Source: a virus
Lineage: Duplodnaviria; Caudoviricetes
DNA length: 64,000 bases
Virus record (IMG/VR): IMGVR_UViG_2822194890_000001
Span: 4,179 to 68,178 of that record
Strand: one strand, 5' to 3'
Below are positions 10,678-20,210 of the stretch, one piece after another (within the stretch, counting starts at the first letter, position 1; every line of letters starts with the position of its first letter). Both the position numbers and the translations under genes were made by a program. The notes beneath the pieces are model-generated. The model saw only the letters and a program-made list of their open reading frames with translations, ran no database searches and had not been told where the DNA came from.

Positions 10678-10991
10678 AGAAAAACTGCACCTCCAATTGT
10701 TAGACGGTGTCTAACAATTGGGGTGCAGTTCATGGGAGGAATACTCTTTTTTATTTGTCCTCATAATCATCTAGATAGACGTAATTGGTGGTATGTAGTT
10801 AAGTAAAGAACAATAGCCGTCCTGTTGGGCGGCTTCTTTTAAATTATATTCACTAATTCATCTAATTTAAACTCAGTATTCAAACTAAAAGTCTCTTTAC
10901 ACAGTTCGCAATAGTAACGACAAAATATTTATTCGCAAATGCTATCTATATTTTATGGGATTCAAGAAAACAGGGCTGACAATCCCTATTT

Positions 10992-11516
10992 TTACTCTTC
11001 ATCCCATGAAATGTAAAAATAGACGTCGTAGTTGAAAATCATAGTTATAATTTCTGCTCTAGTTGCAAAAGCATTTCCGCGCGAGCCATCGTAAATAAAT
11101 CTGTTAATTCCGAAATTTCTGGCATCCCCAAATCCATTTGAAGGGTTCCATGCTTTACGACGGGTATCTTTTGCATAAATCATTCCCATCATTTCATCAC
11201 GAGTTATCAAATCAGTTCCTCTGGTGCCATCTGAAATCCCACGTGACATAAGAAATTTACGAGCAGAATTATAATCATAACCACGAGAATTTTTTATATA
11301 ACGAGTAAATATTAACCAAACATCCTGACGAGTTGCTAGACTATCACGCATGTCAGCTGTAATATACCCGTTACTTTTAGCCCACTTCATTTGTTCATCT
11401 GCCCAATGAGCAGCATGAGCCTCGTTTGGTGCAACAGTTGCGAAACCTGTAGATAACATAATACCTGCAACAGCAACGACCATAATCTTCTTAAGTTTTT
11501 TTAACATCTTTTCCAT
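10992..11516 (-). CDS. Secreted protein with degenerate SLH-like repeats (moron)
   Basis: Signal peptide ending AHA; HWAD..MKWA start; repeated ATR.D/E motifs (LATRQD, LITRDE, FATRAE). Confidence 0.6.
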   Translation of the reverse strand: MEKMLKKLKKIMVVAVAGIMLSTGFATVAPNEAHAAHWADEQMKWAKSNGYITADMRDSLATRQDVWLIFTRYIKNSRGYDYNSARKFLMSRGISDGTRGTDLITRDEMMGMIYAKDTRRKAWNPSNGFGDARNFGINRFIYDGSRGNAFATRAEIITMIFNYDVYFYISWDEE

Positions 11517-11715
11517 TCCTCCCCCTATGTATTTGAGACGTTTCTTATATTAATATATTCTACTTTTTAAGTAAATAGATATAACGGAATTTACGGTATT
11601 CTTTTAGTGATAATTTGTGAACTTAACAAGAAAATGGAAATGCGTATGATTTTATTTCTCGCAAAAGAATAGTTTAATGAACAATAAGAAAAGCCGTCCT
11701 GTTGGGCAGCTTTTC

Positions 11716-12057
11716 TTATTTCGCATCAATAATATCAATAAACTTCAACGTAATATTATTATAAAATGCATCCGTACAAATTATAGATTTATTCAGCGGA
11801 TCAATATCAACAACGGTCATATAGTTAGTAAGTAAAAAACCACCTTCGTAATATGTAATCATTATTTCTTCTTCAGAAAGCAACGAACATAATAGCATGT
11901 TCTCAATAAGTTCTTGTTCATCCTGGGTTAATGTAGGTCGTTCTACTTTCGTCTTTTCCTTAACAATCTCACGGATACCAGCGAATTGCTCCGGCATCGC
12001 AGCGAACGGAGTCCATTTAACCATTCCTCTTCCTTTTGGCATATTAGCGTTGTTCAT
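11716..12057 (-). CDS. yolD: YolD-like protein (accessory subunit of mutagenic polymerase)
   Basis: RGMVKWTPFAAMPEQ motif; overlaps the stop codon of the Y-family polymerase. Confidence 0.88.
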   Translation of the reverse strand: MNNANMPKGRGMVKWTPFAAMPEQFAGIREIVKEKTKVERPTLTQDEQELIENMLLCSLLSEEEIMITYYEGGFLLTNYMTVVDIDPLNKSIICTDAFYNNITLKFIDIIDAK

Positions 12058-13319
12058 GCTTTATGGCCCCCTAACAATGTGTTTCTGTATCTTGCAGTTG
12101 CACTATTTGTATACGAAATTCCTCTTAATATGCTGTTCTTTCCAAATTTAGTGCGTATTTCGTCCATTACTTTAGTTAGTTTCATTTCTTTTTCTCGTTG
12201 TATTACATTATCGAATAGTGAGATTTGTTCTTCGCCTTCATTGATTAAGTTAGTTAAAGAAATATTGATAGATCTAATGGGTTCTCCAGTATAAAACTCG
12301 TGTAAAAAATATGTACAAATCTTATAAATATCCATTGTTAAATTGGTTGGTCGGTTCATAGTGTGAGTTTTTCTGAAACCACCAGTGTAATCTTTGCTGT
12401 AACCAATGGAAAAATGAATAGTTTGAGCTAGTTTGTTTTGTCTTCGCATTCGATAACAAACTTCCTCAATATGCTCCAGTAGAACAATCGGGAATTCCTC
12501 TATTGTGTAATCACGCATTAGTATTTGGCTTTTACCAATAGAAGTAGTTGCTGGAATGTATTTTTCTGATATACGGCTAAAATCAATGCCGTTGCTATGT
12601 AAGTGTAGTTCTTCGCCAATGACCCCAAAGCTTTGTTTTAAGTATTTAAGTGGGTACTGCGCTAAGTCCCCGATTGAATGTATCCCCTTTCGGTTTAATT
12701 TTGCTTCTGTCTTACCCGAAATCCCCCAAAACTTATTGAGTGGTCGGATTGGCCATAATTTTATGGGTACATCTTCGTACTTCCAGTATGCTATGCAATC
12801 TTTCGTTTTCTTCGCTTCCACATCTAACGCTACTTTGCTCATTAAAGGATTAGGGCCAATTCCTATCGTGCATTCGATTCGCGTCTTCGCATATATTTCA
12901 CGTTTGAATTTTAATGCGAAATCATACGGATCGTTAGCAAATAAATGAATACTATCCGTAATATCCATGAAGAACTCATCGATGGAATATTGGTGGAAAT
13001 CCTCAACAGTAACGTATTGTAGAGCTAACTTCGTGATAAAATTAGAACATTTTATGTAAGTGCTCATAATTGGATTCACCACGAGAACATCTTTACGACA
13101 CGGGATTTCATACAATCTAGCCATTTTCTTTACACCTAACGCTTTTAATGGTGGAGTTGCAGCCAATACAATCGAACCACTCCTATTCACATCACCAACT
13201 ACAGCTAACTTTGTGTGAAGTGGGTCTAATCCCATTTTGATGCAACTGACTGAAGCATAAAAGCTACGAAGATCTACACATAAAACAATTCGGTTTTGTA
13301 ATATTGAATAGTCATACAC
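12054..13319 (-). CDS. uvrX: Y-family DNA polymerase (UvrX/UmuC-like)
   Basis: CVDLRSFYASV, YSIDEFFMD, CTIGIGPNPLMSKVALD motifs. Confidence 0.92.
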   Translation of the reverse strand: MYDYSILQNRIVLCVDLRSFYASVSCIKMGLDPLHTKLAVVGDVNRSGSIVLAATPPLKALGVKKMARLYEIPCRKDVLVVNPIMSTYIKCSNFITKLALQYVTVEDFHQYSIDEFFMDITDSIHLFANDPYDFALKFKREIYAKTRIECTIGIGPNPLMSKVALDVEAKKTKDCIAYWKYEDVPIKLWPIRPLNKFWGISGKTEAKLNRKGIHSIGDLAQYPLKYLKQSFGVIGEELHLHSNGIDFSRISEKYIPATTSIGKSQILMRDYTIEEFPIVLLEHIEEVCYRMRRQNKLAQTIHFSIGYSKDYTGGFRKTHTMNRPTNLTMDIYKICTYFLHEFYTGEPIRSINISLTNLINEGEEQISLFDNVIQREKEMKLTKVMDEIRTKFGKNSILRGISYTNSATARYRNTLLGGHKA

Positions 13320-13339
13320 CGTTATTCCCCCTAAATAAC

Positions 13340-13376
13340 AGAACGTTAGTTCTTATTATATACGAATGTATGTTCT
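13340..13376. promoter_or_regulatory. Two LexA (Cheo/SOS) boxes upstream of the polymerase-yolD operon
   Basis: AGAACGTTAGTTCT (GAAC-N4-GTTC) at 13340-13353 and CGAATGTATGTTCT at 13363-13376. Confidence 0.75.
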
Positions 13377-13431
13377 TTTATGAAGAGGTTTTTCAAAAAA
13401 AATAAAAATAGCCCCACTCGTTTAAGTGAAG

Positions 13432-13662
13432 CTACATCCAAAATTCATTTTCATTTATGTTTTTCCCTAACTTCTTTAATCCCCTTGTTATTTGGGATAT
13501 AGTTGAAAATTTAGGTATGTATTCTTTATCATTACATACTTTCGAAATCGTACCCCTACTTAACTTAGCGGCCTTCTCCAATTCCCCTTGTGTGATTCCT
13601 TGTTTATCTAACCACTTACCAAATTTACTGCGTTTTTTGCCTAATCCAAACACCGTTACCAC
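13432..13662 (-). CDS. XRE-family HTH regulator
   Basis: GITQGELEKAAKLSRGTISKVC HTH; divergent from the FtsK operon. Confidence 0.8.
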   Translation of the reverse strand: MVTVFGLGKKRSKFGKWLDKQGITQGELEKAAKLSRGTISKVCNDKEYIPKFSTISQITRGLKKLGKNINENEFWM

Positions 13663-13952
13663 CTCATGAACAGCTTGCCCTTTCCGTCATTTTTTTAAAC
13701 GTGAGAAAAAAACTGACATAAAGACCAAACAGTGCAAAATACCTTTTACCATACCAAACAAATTACGATTCACTGTGCCAAATTAATAGCCTTTTAAAAC
13801 TTCGTTTCACCTATTCTAAATAGAATTCGCTCGCAGAATAATACTTCAGACATTGAAAGACTAATGGTTTCAACGATTCATAGCTGTTTTCATCTCTTCT
13901 AATCTCTAGGGACTATTCTTGCAGAATACGAAAAGAATGGTGGTGTGGGTTT

Positions 13953-15248
13953 GTGATATTTGAGTTAGTAAGTTCAGCTGCAGTTGGTAGTGTCATTCTT
14001 CTAGCAAAAATGCATCAAAAAGGAGCAACGACTGATGCTTCTAAGATCCAAAGGATTTGTGCGAACTGTGGCTTGAAAGTGAAAGAAGGAAAAGAGACCA
14101 GAACCATACAGTTGCTTCGCAAAACGAGAAATGATTGGGGAGTTGAATATGCATATAGAATTCCGCTTGGTCTTAGTTTCTCCGATTTCGAACAAAAGAT
14201 GCAGCATTTAGAGGACGGATTGAATCACAAGAGCAAAGTTTATGATTTTAAACTACAAGACTTCAAATCTCTTCGACTGAGGAAAAATATCTTAAAACAA
14301 ATACAAAACATCATAAACAAGAAAAAACTCGTTAGAAAGGAAATTGAGCTATCTTACGATGGTTTATTAAAAATACGAGTTTATGAGAACGGGATTCCTG
14401 ATTTCGTGAAATTTGAAGAAGACATGATGAAGCAATGTAAGGGATGGGAAGTTCCTATCGGTTATACGAGGGATGGATTAGTAAAACACGATTTTGATCA
14501 GATATCGCACATGATTTCAGCCGGTATGACGGACATGGGTAAATCAAATGTATTAAAACTTATAATTACAGCCCTGGTACGAAACCAATCAGACAATATA
14601 AAATTATTCCTTATCGATTTGAAGGGTGGTCTATCTTTCAACCGATACAGATTCTTAAATCAAGTCGAATCAATTGCGAAGAACCCCGAGGAAGCCCTTG
14701 AAACTCTAAGGGAATTGCAAGATAAACTGAATGCTAGAAACGAATACTTACTAGAAAAAGGATACGAAGATATAAAAGAAGCAGGCGATCCAATTAGATA
14801 CTTTGTCGTTGTAGATGAAGCAGCCGATATGACGCCATATCAGGAGTGCAAGGACATCGTTGTTGATATAGGTCGTCGTGGCAGGGCAGCTGGATTCCGC
14901 TTGGTATATGCGACACAATACCCTACTAACGAAGCGTTACCATCGCAGTTACGACAAAACATCGGGGCTCGTGTTTGCTTTAGATTACAGACAGAAGCAG
15001 GGAGCCGCGCTGTGCTAGACGAGGGCGGTGCAGAAGGTCTTCCTAACATAAAAGGAAGGGCCATATACCAAACGAATGAGAAGAAGGTCTTACAGACTGT
15101 TTATATCGATAACAAGCAGATTGATAACATCATAAAGCCACACATCAATATCAGAGCGAGAAAGGAGCATGAAAATGCAAAAGTTAGCAATGAAAGAAGC
15201 GCGAACGGAAAGTATACTCTTGAGCTTGAAGAAACTCGGCTTTCTTAG
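13953..15248 (+). CDS. FtsK/SpoIIIE-domain ATPase
   Basis: Walker A AGMTDMGKS, LIDLKGG, Walker B VVVDEAAD, GRAAG..LVYATQYP motif. Confidence 0.88.
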   Translation: MIFELVSSAAVGSVILLAKMHQKGATTDASKIQRICANCGLKVKEGKETRTIQLLRKTRNDWGVEYAYRIPLGLSFSDFEQKMQHLEDGLNHKSKVYDFKLQDFKSLRLRKNILKQIQNIINKKKLVRKEIELSYDGLLKIRVYENGIPDFVKFEEDMMKQCKGWEVPIGYTRDGLVKHDFDQISHMISAGMTDMGKSNVLKLIITALVRNQSDNIKLFLIDLKGGLSFNRYRFLNQVESIAKNPEEALETLRELQDKLNARNEYLLEKGYEDIKEAGDPIRYFVVVDEAADMTPYQECKDIVVDIGRRGRAAGFRLVYATQYPTNEALPSQLRQNIGARVCFRLQTEAGSRAVLDEGGAEGLPNIKGRAIYQTNEKKVLQTVYIDNKQIDNIIKPHINIRARKEHENAKVSNERSANGKYTLELEETRLS

Positions 15249-15765
15249 CAGAAAGCAAATCCAGGTACTTCATGATCTTGGCGGTGATAGGAATGCTTCT
15301 CGTGTAATGAAGGGTATTGAAGAATATGTGTCTAGCTTTAGAGATGGAGAAAAGGTTTATTATCTCAACAAGGAGGGGCGTGAGCGTATCGGAAGTAAGA
15401 AGATACTCAAGCGTTCGAATCAATTCCGCCACTATATTATGAGGAATGATATCTATATCGCTTACGAATGCCCAAAAACGTGGAAACAAGAAGTGAAGAT
15501 GAATGTTAAAGGTATCGTTTCTATAATTGCGGATGCTTTATTCACAGATAATGGCCGCTACCACATTGTAGAGGTGGACCATGAACAGAAAATGAGTGCG
15601 AACCGTATCAAGATGCAAAAGTATCGCAAACTGATGGAATGCAATGTATTTGAGAAGAAACCTAAGTTTATTTGGTACACCACAACAGAATATAGAAGAA
15701 AACAACTCCAGAAACTTTGCGAAGGATTAGATTGCAATATCTTTACGGTTACTGATTTCCATTAA
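15169..15765 (+). CDS. Replication-relaxation family protein
   Basis: N-terminal wHTH, H.IMRND motif, IIADALF..HIVEVD PD-(D/E)xK-like core; overlaps the FtsK gene. Confidence 0.75.
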   Translation: MKMQKLAMKEARTESILLSLKKLGFLSRKQIQVLHDLGGDRNASRVMKGIEEYVSSFRDGEKVYYLNKEGRERIGSKKILKRSNQFRHYIMRNDIYIAYECPKTWKQEVKMNVKGIVSIIADALFTDNGRYHIVEVDHEQKMSANRIKMQKYRKLMECNVFEKKPKFIWYTTTEYRRKQLQKLCEGLDCNIFTVTDFH

Positions 15766-15775
15766 AAACAGGGAG

Positions 15776-16273
15776 ATGATCCATATGGCAGCTGAGACAA
15801 TGAGCATCAAAGATTTTATGGATGGTAACTATGGGGCAAAGAAAAAGTGGAGCTTGTTCAAAAAGAAAGCAAAAAAATACGCACCCGTGGCGGCGCGAAT
15901 AAGTATTGTGATTGGTAGTGCTATTATATTCAGCCAAATTATAGATATTCCCCATGTGTTTGCTGATGGAAATAATCCAGACGTGAATGAAGTATTTAAA
16001 GATGTACAGTCCAATGACGGGGCAATAAAAAATTATATAGATGGCCAACTGTATAATCGTATTGTGAATGCGTTTGAACCGGTTATCTTTCTGATTAAAG
16101 CGGTATCCTATCCAATTGCATCCGTTGTAGCGTTATGTGGGGGCTTGTTCATTATGGTTGGTAGCCAGGAACGGGGGTTTTCTCTCATATCAAGAGCAGG
16201 GATTGGCTATATTGTAGTTCAAATGATTCCGTTGTTTATGAGGCTGCTTGTTGAGATTGCTAAAGCTATATAA
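15776..16273 (+). CDS. Membrane protein with TrbC/VirB2 pilin-like C-terminal hairpin
   Basis: Signal/TM segment then two hydrophobic helices (YPIASVVALCGGLFIMVG...AGIGYIVVQMIP); third gene of the FtsK operon. Confidence 0.5.
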   Translation: MIHMAAETMSIKDFMDGNYGAKKKWSLFKKKAKKYAPVAARISIVIGSAIIFSQIIDIPHVFADGNNPDVNEVFKDVQSNDGAIKNYIDGQLYNRIVNAFEPVIFLIKAVSYPIASVVALCGGLFIMVGSQERGFSLISRAGIGYIVVQMIPLFMRLLVEIAKAI

Positions 16274-16308
16274 AAGTATAAGCACTCTGTTTAATCAGAG
16301 TGCTTATT

Positions 16309-17664
16309 TCAAGATTCATTTATGGATAGAGTTTTTGGTGCTGGTGGGTTTGTCGAATAGTCTATATATTCGCCTTCATACTTTAATTTTTTTAATAATA
16401 CTTGTTCTAGTAAAGCGACCATTTTAGACCAAACTATATAATCTGAAGGGGAGAATTCATAACCACCATGTGCTGCGCTATTTCTTTTATTAACAAAGTT
16501 TTTTAAATGTTCACCATTGAATTCTAAATTATATTCTTGAAGTAACTTTATAATTCTTGCGCGAAGGTTTCTTTGGAAAAGGACCTTCCATTGATTAGGA
16601 AGTATTTGATTGTTCATAAGTTCTGCACTGTCCTCTTCAGACAATAATGGATTAATATGCTCTTCCATAAGATCTTTAAAATAAGAATAAGTCCGTCTTC
16701 TATCTGCTCTAGTAATATAATTGACATCTACATCCCCTAATTCATTTTTTACAAACTCTTCAATAGTTGAGCCTGTAATGATAAAAGGCATTGGGAAAAT
16801 TGGCATAGATGCCGATAAGTGAATGCCATCTGTTAATTTTCTTAGTGCTAGTCTAGTATCGTTGCTGAAAGTAGAATAAACCGGAAAACAAGTTTCAATA
16901 AAATGCGTCAATTTATTATGGAAAACTACATCAATTAATTGTCTAAAAGGCCTTAATGTCGCAGGAGGGACTTTTCTGATATGATGAAATATTTCATGCT
17001 GTCCGATATAGCCTATTGCATTTGTCCATTTTAATCGGCATCCGTAAGCTATAGAATATAAATCTAATAGGGTATCCATTAATTCTACAGCTGTTTCGTA
17101 GGATAATAAACCTGTCTCTTTCTTTACAATGACTTTTACGCTAATGAAATTATCTTCTCGTCTTAAGGCTTCATTGTAGTTAATCACTATATCTTGAACA
17201 CCAGTAAATTCAAGAGAAAATGCTTCTTGTTTAAAATTTAAATTCAAATAAGTTTTATCACGTAACATGCGTCCAGGGGAATGTTCTGATGTTTCATCAA
17301 AACCAATGACGAAATTAGGTATCCAAAACTCTATATATTCACTTTCTTGCGATTCACCTATCGTAAGTTGCGTGAAGTCAAATTTACACAAATAAACTCT
17401 TGACATAGGACGTTCTTTAATATTAGCTATTGATAATTGACGTCCACTTATCACTTTCCCATCAGTAGTTATACCATTAAAATTCCATGGATAAAGGCAT
17501 TCTTCGTTTGCAATTTCCCTAGGTAATATACCATTGAAAGCACCTTTGATTAAATTAGTTTTATCCCACGGCTTGTTTACATCTAAGTCAATATGAAATC
17601 CACCTTCTAAACTTTCTATACCATCAAATTCAAATTTGCCGGTTCCGCTAAATCCTTCAGACAT
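16309..17664 (-). CDS. HEPN-domain protein (ApeA-like), candidate anti-phage RNase
   Basis: Beta-rich N-terminus; C-terminal RNSAAH (Rx4H) motif; convergent stand-alone gene. Confidence 0.6.
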   Translation of the reverse strand: MSEGFSGTGKFEFDGIESLEGGFHIDLDVNKPWDKTNLIKGAFNGILPREIANEECLYPWNFNGITTDGKVISGRQLSIANIKERPMSRVYLCKFDFTQLTIGESQESEYIEFWIPNFVIGFDETSEHSPGRMLRDKTYLNLNFKQEAFSLEFTGVQDIVINYNEALRREDNFISVKVIVKKETGLLSYETAVELMDTLLDLYSIAYGCRLKWTNAIGYIGQHEIFHHIRKVPPATLRPFRQLIDVVFHNKLTHFIETCFPVYSTFSNDTRLALRKLTDGIHLSASMPIFPMPFIITGSTIEEFVKNELGDVDVNYITRADRRRTYSYFKDLMEEHINPLLSEEDSAELMNNQILPNQWKVLFQRNLRARIIKLLQEYNLEFNGEHLKNFVNKRNSAAHGGYEFSPSDYIVWSKMVALLEQVLLKKLKYEGEYIDYSTNPPAPKTLSINES

Positions 17665-17824
17665 AAAAATCCCCCTTGAATAATAGACATAATTTTCTAT
17701 CTATAAAGATGATAGCATGTTTTTTTTGAAAGGGATATATAGATTGATAAATATAGATTTTTTAAAAATTGAAGGAATTCCATAACCATCATGGAATACT
17801 CTCACTAGGAGGTGTCGTGACGCT

Positions 17825-18415
17825 ATGACGGACGAAATTGTTTATTCTGCTAGTGAAGTATACAAGCGACTAGGAATAAGTGATAGCACCCTTAGAAAGT
17901 ACATGGAAGTATTATTACGCGAGGGATTTTCTGTAAAGAAAGATAATCGTGGCAGACGGCAATACACAGACAATGACATTATGGTTATTGAGAAATTGAT
18001 TGAGCTGAGCAAGCATGACGGTATGACGCTAGAGAAGGCTGCGAAGATGATTGCGCAGCAAATAGAAAAGGTTAACCCAGATCTTATTAAAGAAGAATCT
18101 GAGGAAACGGATTTAGTACCATTCCACATTAAACAGCAATTACAGGAACAGTACAGCGTTATGGCGCAAGAAATGAATCAGAGTATGTTAGCGATGGAGA
18201 AGCGCTTAAGTGAGCAGGCCAAGCAGAGTAACGAGGAAATCAAAACGAGCATAAAAGCACACAATGAACGAGTGGAAAAACGATTAGAATCCAGGGACGA
18301 GATGCTTATGAAGACATTACGTGAGATGCAGGAAACGAAGAGAATGATGCAGGAATTTCGTGATGAGGTTGCTGCAGTGAAAGAGAAGAAAAAGCCGTGG
18401 TGGAAGTTTTGGTAA
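17825..18415 (+). CDS. MerR-like HTH / coiled-coil protein with KKPWWKFW tail (DUF3967/RacA-like)
   Basis: SEVYKRLGISDSTLRKY HTH, long coiled coil, amphipathic C-terminal motif. Confidence 0.7.
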   Translation: MTDEIVYSASEVYKRLGISDSTLRKYMEVLLREGFSVKKDNRGRRQYTDNDIMVIEKLIELSKHDGMTLEKAAKMIAQQIEKVNPDLIKEESEETDLVPFHIKQQLQEQYSVMAQEMNQSMLAMEKRLSEQAKQSNEEIKTSIKAHNERVEKRLESRDEMLMKTLREMQETKRMMQEFRDEVAAVKEKKKPWWKFW

Positions 18416-18429
18416 GGGTTTATAATAAA

Positions 18430-18462
18430 ACTACGTAAAAGTAGAAATGTATACTTTTCTAC
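18430..18462. repeat. Isolated copy of the centromere-like palindrome downstream of the par operon
   Basis: GTAGAAATGTATACTTTTCTAC at 18441-18462, flanked by AAAACTACG as in the upstream cluster. Confidence 0.7.
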
Positions 18463-18516
18463 ACAGGCGAAGTCTAAAAAAGAAGTACCCCTAATTAGAA
18501 CCAGGGATACTTCTTT

Positions 18517-18816
18517 TTATATTTCAGTCAGTAATTTAAATTTCATTTTCTGCTCTGCAGTTAATTCTTTTTCTACATAACTATTTATAAGTAAATCGAT
18601 TATTTCATGAGCGAATTTCTTATTGGTAATTTTCATTAATGCTTCAAGTTCTTCTTTCGATTCATTAGGGACTTTAATACTCCCTTGTTGGTTTTTAAAT
18701 TTCTTCTTCTCAGGCGCCTGTATTTTCTTTTCTGTGTTCGTATTTAAATCTGAGTTGTTAGTAATAGGTGTAACTGTAACTACAAATGAATTATTATTAT
18801 TTTCCACAGGTACCAC
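18517..18816 (-). CDS. Small par-operon protein 2, putative ribbon-helix-helix centromere-binding adaptor
   Basis: Disordered N-terminus; C-terminal GSIKVP..KEELEAL...EIIDLLINSYV..LT resembles the preceding gene. Confidence 0.55.
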   Translation of the reverse strand: MVPVENNNNSFVVTVTPITNNSDLNTNTEKKIQAPEKKKFKNQQGSIKVPNESKEELEALMKITNKKFAHEIIDLLINSYVEKELTAEQKMKFKLLTEI

Positions 18817-18838
18817 TCCTATTTAAACTTTTTGCGTG

Positions 18839-19240
18839 TTATTTCTTTTCTAACATTTCATAAAGATGCTTGTACATCCCTTTATAACCTTCAGATTGTC
18901 GTGTTGTTAGTTTAGTATTTACGTAGCTTTCAAGAAGCATATCAATAATACTGTTAATTGATGCCTTATCCATACTTTCTTGTTCTTTAATAAATGGTTT
19001 AAGGGTATTAAGTTTTAATAGAACAGCTGGTGAAATTTTAGCTGTTTTAGATGGAACTAAACGTTGATCTGGTTTCTCAGGAGCTGTTACTTTGCCTTTA
19101 TTGATGATTGGCTTAATAACTTGTTTCTTAACAGGCTCACTATTACGGCCAAAATCGTTAGTTCCTTTTATCTGTACACCTTTGTCATTTAAAGTGTTTC
19201 CAGGTTTTGTGACAATAGGTTGAAATGGTGCTTTAGACAT
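18839..19240 (-). CDS. Small par-operon protein 1, putative ParB/ParG-like adaptor
   Basis: Directly downstream of parA; K/P-rich N-terminus; C-terminal KTAKIS..LNTL...SIIDMLLESYV..LT. Confidence 0.6.
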   Translation of the reverse strand: MSKAPFQPIVTKPGNTLNDKGVQIKGTNDFGRNSEPVKKQVIKPIINKGKVTAPEKPDQRLVPSKTAKISPAVLLKLNTLKPFIKEQESMDKASINSIIDMLLESYVNTKLTTRQSEGYKGMYKHLYEMLEKK

Positions 19241-19254
19241 TATGAACCTCCTCC

Positions 19255-20085
19255 TTAAGCATTAATAGTTGCAAAATAATTTTCATGTTCATTTAGTTCG
19301 CTAAGAACATCGATGAATAGTTGATGAGCTTTTTCATCCCACATATCAATATTACCGCTAACGTTAACATTTTTATGAATTCCTTCAATATCATACACTT
19401 TTAGGCGCTCTTGATATCTCACGATTGTCTCTAGAACGTTTCCGCCATACATTTCCTGAGCTTGTTGTAATACTTTATTATCCACTCGTTTCCCTTGGTG
19501 TAACATCATTGGGATAATACCTAAAACTTGTAGGTCTGCATCATATGTTTCTGCTAAGAACTGCATATAAGCGATGTATGTTTGAGCGCCTTCTAAAGAT
19601 AACTCTTGTGTTTGTAGAACAATGATACAATAATCAGCTGCTATCATAGCGTTATCTGAGTAGTCACTGATTGTTGGTGGTACATCAATGTAGATACGAT
19701 CATATTTATCTTTTAATGGTGCTAGTAACTTCTTTAAATATGTAATTTGTGCAAGTTCATCCTCTGGGAACATATCGAAGAGGATTTTTGAAAGCTTTCT
19801 AAATGAAGTATTAGATGGAATGATATCCAAATTCTCAATAACTGGGATAATCTCATTCTCCAAATTTTGATTTAGAAATCCATCTGTAATAGACTTGTCT
19901 ATTTGTTCAATGTCTCCTGTTTTAGCAAGGACTCTTGTAGCATTACCCTGAGGATCCATATCCACTAATAGACATTTTTCGTTAAATACAGTAGCTGCTT
20001 CATAAGCTAACATTGTAGCTGTTTTTGTTTTTCCAACTCCGCCTTTAAAGTTACCGATTACGTATGTAGTTGCTTGTCTAGTCAT
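19255..20085 (-). CDS. parA: ParA family partition ATPase
   Basis: Deviant Walker A GNFKGGVGKT, LVDMDPQGNAT, IYIDVPPT; probable start ATG 20085 after GGAGG. Confidence 0.92.
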   Translation of the reverse strand: MTRQATTYVIGNFKGGVGKTKTATMLAYEAATVFNEKCLLVDMDPQGNATRVLAKTGDIEQIDKSITDGFLNQNLENEIIPVIENLDIIPSNTSFRKLSKILFDMFPEDELAQITYLKKLLAPLKDKYDRIYIDVPPTISDYSDNAMIAADYCIIVLQTQELSLEGAQTYIAYMQFLAETYDADLQVLGIIPMMLHQGKRVDNKVLQQAQEMYGGNVLETIVRYQERLKVYDIEGIHKNVNVSGNIDMWDEKAHQLFIDVLSELNEHENYFATINA

Positions 20086-20210
20086 TTTCGACATTCCTCC
20101 ATAAAACTCCGAATAAGTATACCTTTGAGTAAAATGTAACATCTACATACAATATTCGCAACAGTATACCGAGGAAAAGTTTACATTTTTTAAACGGATT
20201 TATCGAAAAA

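Larger units (their letters stand above)
9287..10732 (-). mobile_element. IS3-family (IS150-like) insertion sequence, 1446 bp, with 4-bp target duplication TGGG
   Basis: Terminal IRs TGAACTGCACCCCAATTGTTAGACAC (left) and TGAAGTGACCCCTAAAAGTTAGACAC (right); TGGG at 9283-9286 and 10733-10736; orfA and orfB with A6G slip site. Confidence 0.95.
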
